Shown in pieces: positions 46,439 to 56,754 of a stretch of 64,000 nt of DNA (positions within the stretch are counted from its first letter, which is position 1; every line of letters starts with the position of its first letter). Below the pieces are notes generated by a model. The model was given only the letters and a program-made list of their open reading frames with translations. It did not search any database and was not told the DNA's origin. The stretch covers positions 1,135,293 to 1,199,292 of the forward strand of contig NW_008246071.1 in the NCBI RefSeq assembly GCF_000281045.1, given 5' to 3'. A program made the translations under genes and the position numbers. The DNA is from Saprolegnia diclina VS20. Lineage: Eukaryota.

Positions 46439-49400
46439 TCAGTGCTGGGTAAAGACGATGCTCAGCGGGTCGTTCTCGTCGTCCTTGACCTACGCACGCT
46501 CAGTTGATACAAGATACGAGGAGGATCCGAGTACTTCGAGGGACGGCCGAGGGGTGCGTGGTGACAGCAAGGTGCGCGGCGACGGCGACAGCGGCTTGAC
46601 GATGGTTCGGGACGATCGCTTGAGCGCCATGAGACTCAGCGGCTCGCTGGGAACAGCGCCAGAGAAGGACGCGGGGCGGTGCAAAGTTGGCTCGATCGTC
46701 TCGAGCGCGAGCGCCAAGGACGCCGTCGGGGGCGACGACGACGGCGACACCTTGGTGGCTGCATTGTTGCTCGGCTCGGGCGTCGGCTTGGAGACGCGGT
46801 GCCAAATCATCTTGTAGTAGTCGACTTCTTTGAGCAAGTGCTGTTGTTTTTCCTACTCTCGAGATTGATAGATTGATAATACATGACGTGGCACGACAAG
46901 CAACGTACGTGGCTCAGCCGGACTTGTTCTTTGTAGAGCGACTGGTACTCTTGCACACTGCGCTCGACCGAGCTACACCTCCTTGTGTGTTCGAGTAAAA
47001 AGGAGGAAGGATACGAGCACCTCGCATGCTCTTCGCTCTTTTGAATCGTCTCCTTGAGCGCCTGATGGACACATCCATCACCGGCATCGTGCAGGAGACT
47101 GTCGTACCACACACTTGGCTTCGAGTTCCTTGATGTGAACTTCGTTTTGGTGCTCGTTGTACTAGCGACCAGAAGCTATATAGGCTCGATCGCAAACCCG
47201 GTAACTCGTACCCGGAACTGCTCGTTCTGGAGGCGGAGCTGGGTCATTTGACACACGACTTCGTACTTCTCGTGGTCGAGGACGGCCTTGGCGTACTCGG
47301 TCACATAATGCGCGTGCAATTTCATCTCGACGAGCTTGCGCGAGAGCATCTCCATGTGCTTTTGCGGGCTCTCGGAGACGACCCTACGCCGTCATAAGTG
47401 CTTCGACCGCTTCGATAACATGACGCACGTCTGGTCGTCGGGACTCGCCAAGACAGGCTCCATCTACCAGTGGCGTAAAGCTTCACTTCTTTAGGCGGTT
47501 ATGCAGGCCGAGTGCCGCAGTGAGCACGAGTAGGAAGAGACGCCACACCTGCGACGCAAGCGACTGCATTTGGGCCTCGGCTTTGGCCTCGAGCTCCTTG
47601 TTGCGCTCGCTCAGGACGGTGTTTTGAGCGGAAATCGAGCTGTTGATCTCGTGCAAGGCCGTGATCGACGCTTCAAACTCGGCCGCCCGCGTATTGAACG
47701 TGCGATTTTGCTCGCTCAGAATCACGTGAACGTCCTTGAGCGCTTCGTTCTCACTCCGGCACAGTCGCAGCTAGAGACGACACACGTCAACACCCACAGC
47801 TGGCTACGAGCGGCGTACGTCTTCGGTGAGCTGCGCGACCTTCTCCATCGCGACGGCGAGCTGCGACTGGACCGCGTCCACCGACTGCGTTCGGTGGTGA
47901 CGCTGGGATTGGTTGTCGACAAAGAGAAACGACGAGAAGGCTGGGTAACATCAAATCAAGGGATCACCAGCTCATCGCACTTGATGTACCTTGCATGAGA
48001 CTGTTGGACGATGACGACGGCGCATCGACCGGCGCGGTCTGGCTGCCCACGTCGACGAGCGAAATGCAGTACGTCTGCGAGTCTACGCATGCTTTGCCTA
48101 TCGTGGCTATGCAGCGACAGTACGTACCCGTCGAGATGCTGTGCTCGTGCTCTTCGGGCTCGAGCTCCAACTCTTCGCGCTCGAGGCCCTCGCACTTGAC
48201 GAGAAGCGTCTCCTTCTCTGCTTGCACTTGCTGGAGCGTCGCTTGCAGCTCAGCGTTCTCTGCCAAGAGCGCTTGGTACATCTGCAACGCCCATGCCATC
48301 AGCATCGTACGCGCGATGACGCAGGAGTATACCTGCTGGTACTCGACCACGCCCATGCTCTGCGTCTACAGGTGGAATATGCGCCATTGCAAGCTCAGCA
48401 AACTGCGTACTTCGTGGAGGAGGGGCTCGTTCTTGATCTCTTTGGCGCGCATGCCAAAGCGAACTGTCGAGATCGTCTCCGCCACGTTCTAACACCGTCC
48501 TTGGTGAGACACGTGTCTAGTGTCAACAGCAGCGGACGTAGGAGCTCGCCGAGATGGTCACGATGAGGCACGTCTTGGCGTGCCCGCCAAGCGAATCTTG
48601 CAGCAGCCGCGTGAGCTTCGAGTCTCGGTGCACGCGTTGTCAAGGTAGCAACTCATAGAGACATGCAATCGATGGAGCGTGGAAAAGGATATGAATGGAA
48701 TGTGCTTCTTCCCTTCAACGAGCGCTTTGATGACGTTGCTGAGCGCCGAGAGGCTCTTGTTGATCGCCCGCGCCTCGTTGAGCGTCTTGCCGGACGCCAT
48801 GGTCTTGGCGACCATCTCGGAGCCCGCGAGGTCCACCACATACATGGTCGCCTTCTTCTCCGTGCCGGTCAGCACGTCCCGGCGCGTCATGTTGATCATG
48901 AGGATCGTGTGACTCCGGCTCGAGTCCTACAGGCGCGATGCTCAAGCCAATTCGGACTCGGAGGCGACGCGGACGTTATTCATGCGGGTGCACGCGACAA
49001 CGCGGTTGGTGTTGCCACGCTCGACGAGCTGCAGCATCACCTCCTAGAGACGCGTGATCGTTTGACAGTCCAGCCTCCATGTACCTCGGACGTGGCCGGG
49101 ACGTGCGTGAGGTCGTCGACGTAGATGCCCCGCGGTCCGTTCTCACGAATGCGCAGGTTCTTCTTGATAAAGTTGGGCTGCAAGAGGTCTCGGATCTGCT
49201 CCATGTAGATCTCGAGGAACGAGCCCGAGAGCTCAAAGTGAACCGTCTCGGACGACAGCATCTGGACGCTTTCAAAGATATCGTGGACAAGCCGCGCAAT
49301 GAGCCCTTGCTACACGAGAGTCGTATCTCGATATGACGTGGAGAGGCGCGGACCTCGTCGGGCTTGCTGCCCACGCCTTCCTTGGGGCCGAGCACGGTGT

Positions 49401-49825
49401 GCGTCTTGCCCGAGCCCGTCTGGCCGTACGCAAACACCGTGCTACGCCGCATAGAAGCCTCAATCGATTTGCTTGCAACGACGCGAGTACCAGTTGTAGC
49501 CGTCGAGGAGGTCGACGACGAGCGACTTGGCCGTCGCTTCGTACACCTGGCGCTGCGTCGCGGTTGGCGCAAACACTTGATCAAACGTGCAGCTACGCAT
49601 GTTTCTTGAGCCACCAACGTCGGTCGGTGGCGCACCGGAGGTAGTCGGTCGAGAAGCCGTCTTCCGGGTTGACCTCGAGCGACTTGCCATCGGGCGTCGC
49701 GACGCTACGTGCCAACATCCATGGGCAATGCCATCGTCGACCTCGGCGTACCACTCGAGCCCGCCTTGCTTCTTCTCGAGCGCGTTCTGCGGTCGGACGC
49801 GGCAAGACACGTGGATGTTGCTCAT
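46439..49825 (-). CDS. Kinesin motor protein (kinesin-1-like motor) with coiled-coil tail, many exons including one AT-AC intron
   Basis: [81 protein letters not shown] and [13 protein letters not shown]. Tail exons splice through to [16 protein letters not shown]. Confidence 0.9.
48628..48692 (-). other. U12-type (minor spliceosome) AT-AC intron, 65 nt, phase 0
   Basis: 5' site ATATCCTTTT, branch site CCTTGAC with the branch A about 12 nt from the terminal AC. Removal gives [15 protein letters not shown] in frame. Confidence 0.92.
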
Positions 49826-50221
49826 GGACACTGCGAGACTGAGCCAAAAACAGCCCACGAATAACGGCCTCAAAACGACTGCATTGCGTGGCGCCAGCAG
49901 ACCATCTATCCAAGAACGGGATACGCGGTGTATCCGATAGTTGAGGGTTATACTAAACTCCATGGAAAATAATGATCCCTCGATAGTCTATCCCCTAGTT
50001 ACAGGGGATGGAGCAGCTTTGAGCTATCGCATTTGCAGCCAATATATGGTGGTGACAAGGGAATCCCAATTCCCTTGGATGGTGACGAGATACGAGACCC
50101 TCCCCACCGCCGCAGCATGCACCAAGACGTAACACATCGACTCGCGATCGCCATCTTGACAGGATCCCCAGCCATCTCTGCAGTTAAAGTCCACGATCGT
50201 ATATGAAACATAGGAGCGACG

Positions 50222-52291
50222 CTAGTACTTGGGGGCGTCCATGTGCGGGGCAATGTGCTGCATCCAGAGGTCGTTGGCCTCGAGGCGCCCGCGGAAGATG
50301 CTTGGGCCGATGAGCGCGCTCAGCTGCTTGACGCAGTCGATAGCTGCGAACCGCGCGAGCCGGGGCGAGCCTACACATAGTTCATCAGCAGAGTCTGGAG
50401 GTGTATCCGGTACCTTGCAGCGTCATGGCCAGCGGATCAAAGAAGAGCTCAATGTGGCGCTTGAACATCTGCTTGCCGAGGCTGTGGCCGATCGCAGGCA
50501 GCTGCTTCCACAGCGTTTCTTGGAGCACGCCCGTCTGCGGAAAGTGGCGCAGGATCGCAGCGTCCACGAGCAGCGGGAAGAGTTCGATCGCGCGCGCCTG
50601 GGTCGCCGGCACGTCGCAGAGCTCGCGCACCAAGTAGATGCCGCCGTCCGTGTGCGCCCAGAGCGCGTGGCCAGCGTCGTGGTCGTCGCAGTCGTGCAGC
50701 TGACGCTTCACCTGGCGCGGCTCAAACGAGCAGCACGAGAAGCGCTGCTTGCCCATGTGCGCGGTCTCGGCCTTGATGAGCGCTTCGTACGCGGCTTGCG
50801 TCATCGGAGGCTGCTCTTTGGCCTTGGGCAAAAAGGAGGACGCAATCGCTAGAATCGACTCGAGCAGCGCCGGGTCTTCAGTCGCGTACGCCCGCGCGCA
50901 CGTGCCCAGCGCAATCGCGGCGTTCTCGCGCACGGACCACACGTCGTCCGACAAGTGGATCGTCCACCATTTGATCTAGTGCAACATATGAATTGCGAGT
51001 TTTTCGATGATGGCGTGACGAGACGCACGAGCTTGTCGACGCAATGACGCGCCTCCTTCGGGAACGCGAGCACGACGTGCGACGACGCGCTGCACGCCGC
51101 GTCGCTGACCGTGAACACGTCGTCTTGGAGCGTGACGCGGCAGGCGAGGAGGAGATCGTCGACGAATGGGCGGACGGCGTCGGCGTCGACGCGCGCCGCA
51201 AGCTCGCCAATGCAGACGCATGCGGCCTCGCGCACGAACGGGTTGTCGGCATCGGACGCGTCGACGTAGCAAGCGACACACTCGGCGGCGTACGTGGCGA
51301 CGACGTGCCGGCCGTCCGCGCCAAGGAGCTTGGTCCACGTATCGCGCGAGTACTGCTTGACGCCTTCGGCCACGTAGTGGCGGTTGAGAGCCATGCGAGG
51401 GATGAGCTTGGGGTAGTACGTCACGCGTTCGTCGGTCGTGCAGAGGTTGACAAAGGCGCGCGTGGCCTGCGACGCCGTGAGCCGCACCTCGCTCCACGGA
51501 TCCTGAAGGCCGCGCACGAGGCAGTCGGTGATGATCGCGCCCACAGTAGGGTGCGCTGTGAGGTACTCCGACGGCAGCACGCCCTTGGAGAGCGAGTAAA
51601 TGGTCTCAAAGCCCACGTTGCGGACGTGGCGGTTCCCATGGCGGACGCTGCGCACGACGATGGACGAGAGAAACTTGAAGTTGTCTTCGGGAAGAAGCTC
51701 GAGAAACGCCGGGCCCAGGCCGTGCACAATGTACTTGATTGTGAGGAGGCACGTCTCGAGCGACTTGAAGCCCGAGATGTCGTCGAGGCGGTGCGGCGAC
51801 TTGGGCGTTGATAGCGGCGACGCAAGCGGAATCGACGTGTCAAAGTACGCAAAGTACTCTTCTTCATTCACCTCTTCAAACTCGGGCGACCGCGTAATGT
51901 TGCACTCGACGATCTCGAGCAGCTCGGCCGCAAACTCGCGGTAGAGACCGACGCCGAGGACCGCCGCGAGCGCGCCGAGGGCCTTCCCGACCAGTCGTCG
52001 CACACGCGGCTCGAGGTTCTCCAAATGCGCATGGCACTGCGCGAGCACGATATGGCGCACAGCGTCGTGGGCCGCCACGTCCTTGGCAAAGTCGGTCGTG
52101 AGCACAAAGCCGACGGCGAGGACTTCCCAGCGCGGCTTCTCGGCGTCGACCAGGAAGGTCGGGATGGCGTCGACGTAGGCGGCCGGCGACGGCGCCGCGA
52201 GCAGCGCGTTGGCCGCGTCGACGATATGGGACGGAAGCTGCTCCCGGCGCAGGAGGCTGCGAAGGGCGTTCTCGGCGTTCGAAAGCTCCAT
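50222..52291 (-). CDS. HEAT/ARM-repeat protein of unknown function (3 exons)
   Basis: HEAT-type motifs LENLEPRVRRLVGKAL, GLQDPWSEVRLTAS, DADNPFVREAAC and LSDDVWSVRENAAIALG. Ends IAPHMDAPKY*. Confidence 0.82.
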
Positions 52292-52588
52292 TCGACAAAT
52301 CGAAATTGACTTTGGTGTCCCACGCCTAAACGCACGCAACTATCCATCCCGGATACGTATAATCCTTGGCACTGGATTCGATCCACAAAGTGCAACAAGA
52401 GCTTATTGACGCTTGACTGCACCCAAGACCGAGACGCCTTGGACACGAAGTCGAAGACAGCAGGAGCGAGCAGGCATTTGATGTGGATAGGTAAGGCGAA
52501 GCGCAACGATAGATGCTGGATATTGCACCATCTCGCCATTTGTATCGGATAGCTATATTTTCGATTCTGTAGAATGGATAGTTGTGGC

Positions 52589-52606
52589 TTCCGGATGTCC
52601 GGATAC
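52589..52606. promoter_or_regulatory. Tandem TCCGGAT sites in the divergent HEAT/EF-Ts promoter
   Basis: TTCCGGATGTCCGGATAC about 70 bp before the EF-Ts ATG. A further CCCGGATAC lies at 52348-52356, about 60 bp before the HEAT gene start. Confidence 0.5.
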
Positions 52607-52672
52607 GTGGGGCTGCATCCATGCAGCACAACAATTGGCCCTCATCTCGCGATTTCCATCGGCTTCTTCAGC

Positions 52673-53665
52673 ATGCTGCGCTCGACCCTCTTTGCCCGCC
52701 GTGTCGTCGGCCTCGCCGGCCCGTCCAGCCTCCGCTCCATGGCCACGTACTCTCCGTCCATGGAAGAGATCAAGAAGCTCCGCACGGCGTCGCAGGCGCC
52801 CATGAAGGACGTCAAGAAGGCGCTCGTTGAAGCCGAAGGCGACTTCCCTGCTGCCTTTGAGTGGCTTCGCAAGAAGGGCATTGCGTCGGCGACCGCCAAG
52901 GCTGGTCGCACGGCCGCTGAAGGTCTTGTCGGTATCTTTGTTGACGCCGACAAGAAGCGCGGTGCCATGGTTGAGGTCAACAGCGAGACGGACTTTGTCG
53001 CGCGCAACGACCAGTTCCAGGCGTTGGTCGCCCAGGTCACGCGTGGCGCCCACGCCGGCGCGCTCCTTGGTGAGCTCGACACGCCTGCGATGGCCCAGGT
53101 CGCTGTCGAAGGCCGCTTGGTCGCGGACCTTGTCCCGGAGCTTGTCGGTCGCGTCGGCGAGAACATCGTCGTCCAGCGCGGTACTACGATCAACGTTGAG
53201 CACGGCGTTGTCTCGAGCTACACGCACCGTGTTGCGTCGCAGGAGCTCAACTTGGGCCGCGCGGGTGCGCTTGTCGGCCTCGAGGTCGAAGGCGAGCTCT
53301 CGTCCGCCAAGGTCGCCGACTTGGAAGCGCTTGGCAAGAAGCTCGCGATGCACGTCGTCGCGGCCAAGCCCAAGTTCCTGAACCGTGATGCGGTCCCGGC
53401 CGAGCGCGTCGAAGCCGAGCGCGCGTTTGTCTTGGAGCAGGTCCAGGTGCAGGCGACGAACAAGCCGGCCAACATTGTCGAAAAGATGGTCGACGGCCGC
53501 ATGAACAAGTTCTTTGGCGAGGTCACGCTCGTCGACCAGGTGCATATGGTCGAGGAAGGCAACCCGAAGGTCTCGGCGCACTTGGAGAAGGAAGGCGCGC
53601 GCCTTGGCCTCAAGATCAAGCTCTCGGCGTTCCAGCGCTACGAGATTGGCGAAGAGCAGCTCTAA
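52673..53665 (+). CDS. TSFM: Mitochondrial translation elongation factor Ts, intronless
   Basis: Presequence MLRSTLFARR, UBA-like IKKLRTASQAPMKDVKKAL, AAEGLVG, EVNSETDFVARN, GENI, AMHVVA and KPANIVEKMVDGRMNKFF. Confidence 0.96.
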   Translation: MLRSTLFARRVVGLAGPSSLRSMATYSPSMEEIKKLRTASQAPMKDVKKALVEAEGDFPAAFEWLRKKGIASATAKAGRTAAEGLVGIFVDADKKRGAMVEVNSETDFVARNDQFQALVAQVTRGAHAGALLGELDTPAMAQVAVEGRLVADLVPELVGRVGENIVVQRGTTINVEHGVVSSYTHRVASQELNLGRAGALVGLEVEGELSSAKVADLEALGKKLAMHVVAAKPKFLNRDAVPAERVEAERAFVLEQVQVQATNKPANIVEKMVDGRMNKFFGEVTLVDQVHMVEEGNPKVSAHLEKEGARLGLKIKLSAFQRYEIGEEQL

Positions 53666-53710
53666 GTGGTTTCGCAACAATGTACTTGAATTCTAGATGC
53701 TTCACTCCTC

Positions 53711-54842
53711 TTACAACGCGTACGAACCCACGAAGAGGGCGAGAAGAAGCACAGCGACGACTGACGCGAGGACAAACTTGTTGTGCAGCAGCGACGGCGC
53801 GGCGGTCGCTGCCGTCGTCGTCGTCGCAGCCGGCGTCGTCGCAGCCGCGAGCTTCTTGCCGAAAAGCTCCTTTTCGCGCAGCCTTTGCTGCTCGCGCTTC
53901 TCCTTGACGAGCTTGATGAGGTCGCGCACTGCCTTGTTGGTCGGGTCGATCTCGAGCGCGCTTCGAATGAACACGGTTGCTTCGTCGCAGTCGCCTTGCT
54001 GGTACGAGATTTGCGCGAGACGGTAGATGGCCTTCATGTTCTTCGCGTCGACCTGCAGCACTTCCTTGCTCGAGTCTTTGGCCTCCTTGAACTTGCCGAG
54101 CTTGCACTGGACGTTGGCAACATTATTGCCGAGCGCGACGAGGAGCTCCTTGCACTGGAGGTTCGACGCATGATCCTCGTCCGAGTCCCATTGCTCGAGG
54201 ACCTTGAGCGCCTTCTTGTAGCAGTTGGTCGCATACGCGTAGTTTTGGGCGCCAAACCACTTGTTGCCGCTCGCCTTCTTCTTGTTGGCCTCGGTAAGGA
54301 GCTCTGCGTTGGACATTTCTTCCGGGATCTTGCGCTCCGAGACCCATTTGTCAAGCGAAATGATAAACTTGATGCTGGCGTCCTTCATGTCTTGGTTGGC
54401 CTACGCGACGCGTCAATGAACCGCTTCTCGTAGGTGGCTGCGTACCTGCTCGTCAAAGGACCCGGCATTCCCATAGGCGTACCGCGCTTCGCAGTGGACC
54501 TCAGCCGACTCGCCTTCGCGCAGCAGCCGCGACAAGAGCTCCAAGGCTATGCAAAAGACGCGATACGTCGAGCAATGTGGTCAGTGCGACGCGTACCCGC
54601 CAGCGTCTCGTTGTCGCCAATGCGGAACGCAACCTGCTCGTTCTCGACGATGGCCTTGCCCGTCTCGAGCTCGTAGCTGCTGTACGTCATGATGACTTCG
54701 TCGCCAAACTCTACGAGGCAATGAGTCGCGGGCAGAGGTCGGTTCGATTACCAGCTTTCTTGCCGTCGGGGTTCGTCTTGATGTACTTCTTGCGGATGGC
54801 GCCGGTGCCCAAGACATCTTCAAAGCCGTCTTCCTTGCTCAT
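53711..54842 (-). CDS. FKBP-type PPIase domain + TPR + C-terminal membrane anchor (FKBP8/FKBP42-like), multi-exon
   Basis: EDVLGTGAIRKK, FRIGDNETL..LELLSR and FAYG FKBP elements, three TPRs (KKKASGNKWF..KAIYRLAQ..ALEIDPTNK), and a hydrophobic tail FVLASVVAVLLLALFVGSYAL*. Confidence 0.82.
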
Positions 54843-55278
54843 GACCTAGACGGCGCTCCATGAGGGCCCTGCGCCATGGCAGACGTCAGCAGCATGCTCG
54901 TACACGCGTCTCGGATATCCCGTTTCACGCAATATAAATTAAAAAGGTCGCGTGTGGGTGTCGTCCAGCATGGCCCGTTCCGTATATCTTTTTAGGCTCG
55001 CGAACGCAGGACGCACGCCTCTGTGATTGGTGCTTGCTATGACAAAGATACTCGTCCCATACAACAATGCAGTATAGAAAGGTCGGCCTGCCATGCACTA
55101 CGAACTTGGGGCGCACCCAGTTCTTATGTTGAGGTGCAACACAGTACAATAAAAAACGTGGATGTATTTTATTGATATAATTAATATCACATAGTCCGTC
55201 GAAGTAAAACGTGACACAATTGATTTAATGATATACCGTTTTTATTCCATGGGTGCACGATGGGCGGGTTTGTGTCAG

Positions 55279-55299
55279 CCAATCAGCGTGCGTGATTGG
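55279..55299. promoter_or_regulatory. Inverted pair of CCAAT boxes in a divergent promoter
   Basis: CCAATCA-GCGTGCG-TGATTGG. Similar CCAATC boxes occur near 26469, 59124/59152 and 59634. Confidence 0.55.
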
Positions 55300-55694
55300 G
55301 CTCGATTTATATGTTTTCAGAGGGTTTGCATTCAATGTGGGAGGTTTTGGTTTATACTCGGCCAATGTAACGACCAACAGAACCATGAGTTTTGGTTCAA
55401 AAAGGAAGAAAACAAAAAACGAAGTCCGAGCTCCAGCAGCAGCAAGCAGCCCGCGAGCGACCAGACCACGAACGACCCACGGCTGCCAACCCAACGACCC
55501 CGCGCGCCCGCCAATTGCCCCTTCGCTACTACTACCGAAGCGCCATCTTCCCCGCGCTTCCTCTCACTCTACACTTCACAAGCTCGCCAACGATACCAAG
55601 CAAGGTACAGCGACCGTCGCATGCGACCCATTGATGCAGACGCTCATGGGTGCTGGCCGTTGTAGGCGCCATCATGACCACTGTCGACGTAGCC

Positions 55695-56676
55695 ATGGCG
55701 TCCATTCCTCTCACAGAAAAGGCCACGCCGGTCGCCCAGCGCAGCACGACCAGCGACGGGTCGAAATCCAAGACCAAGGACAGCGTGTACAAACAAGACA
55801 AGGCCGCAAACGCCAAGAAGATTGTATATCCCCCGCGCCTTCTCGTTGACTTCAAGTCGCTCCAGGTAGTCATATCACATGACAATGGTCGTGACGACGG
55901 CGCGTAGATGGACGCGTTGCACAAGTACGTGGCCTTTTACCAGCTTCCCGTGCGCGAAGAGTACACGAAGGACGATCTGGCATCGCTCGTTGCGCGGTAG
56001 ACAGTTGATGGCGACGTCATCGAGAGGATTGACGGTGGCTCCATATATAGGCACTTTGACTGCTCGCTCGAGGTCGAAGAGGACGAATCGATCCTGTCGT
56101 TCGTTACACGCGTCCGCAACGGCGAAAAGGCCAGCCGAACACAGCGCCAAGCGACGGACAAGAAGGTCAAAGCGGAAGCTGCCGCGGCAAAGGAAGCCAA
56201 GAAGGCGGCGCAGCAAGCGTCCAAGCCGGCGGCCGCATCGTCGAGCAACAAGCGGCCGCGGCCCGACGAGGCCGATGCGCATGACGAGCCAGAGAAGGAA
56301 TCCAAGGACGACGTTGCGCCGCCGCCGGCCAAGGCGCCCAAGCCCAAGGGCGGCAAGTCGTCCAAGAAGGAAGAAGACAACGAGCTCTACTGCGTATGTA
56401 ACCTCCCGAGCTATGGCAACATGATTGCTTGCGACGGCGACAAGTGCCCGAACCCCGCGCAGTGGTATCACTTGGAATGCGTCGGCATCTCGGACGGCCA
56501 GCAGCCCGACACATGGTATTACAGCTCACTGCGGGCGTGTGGCTCACGCGACAATTAGGATGTGCCCCGAGTGCGACCCGAAGGCGTTCGCGGCAGTGCT
56601 CAAGAAGAAGAAGAAGGCGCGCAAGATGCAGCAACAGTCAGGGTCCTCCTCGAGCTCGAGCTCGTCTCGCCGATAA
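55695..56676 (+). CDS. SAP30 Sin3-binding domain + ING-type PHD finger protein (4 coding exons)
   Basis: Spliced VDFKSLQ|MDALHKYVAFYQLPVREEYTKDDLASLVAR|HFDCSLEVEEDESILSFV resembles the SAP30 Sin3-binding domain. ELYCVCNLPSYGNMIACDGDKC..WYHLECVGI..TW|MCPEC is an ING-type PHD finger. Confidence 0.82.
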
Positions 56677-56754
56677 GGGGTTACCTGCGCTCGACCCTTG
56701 CAATTACAAAAGGAACACCCTACTCTCCGTTGCATACCGTAAACAAATACAATG

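Noticed and set aside
46973..47020. Second U12-like donor GTATCCTT (47007-47014, minus strand) in a kinesin tail intron
   Set aside because: It would give only a 42-nt intron with no CCTTRAC branch site near the AG, and an alternative GT at 47020 gives an in-frame 48-nt intron. Unsupported without RNA-seq.
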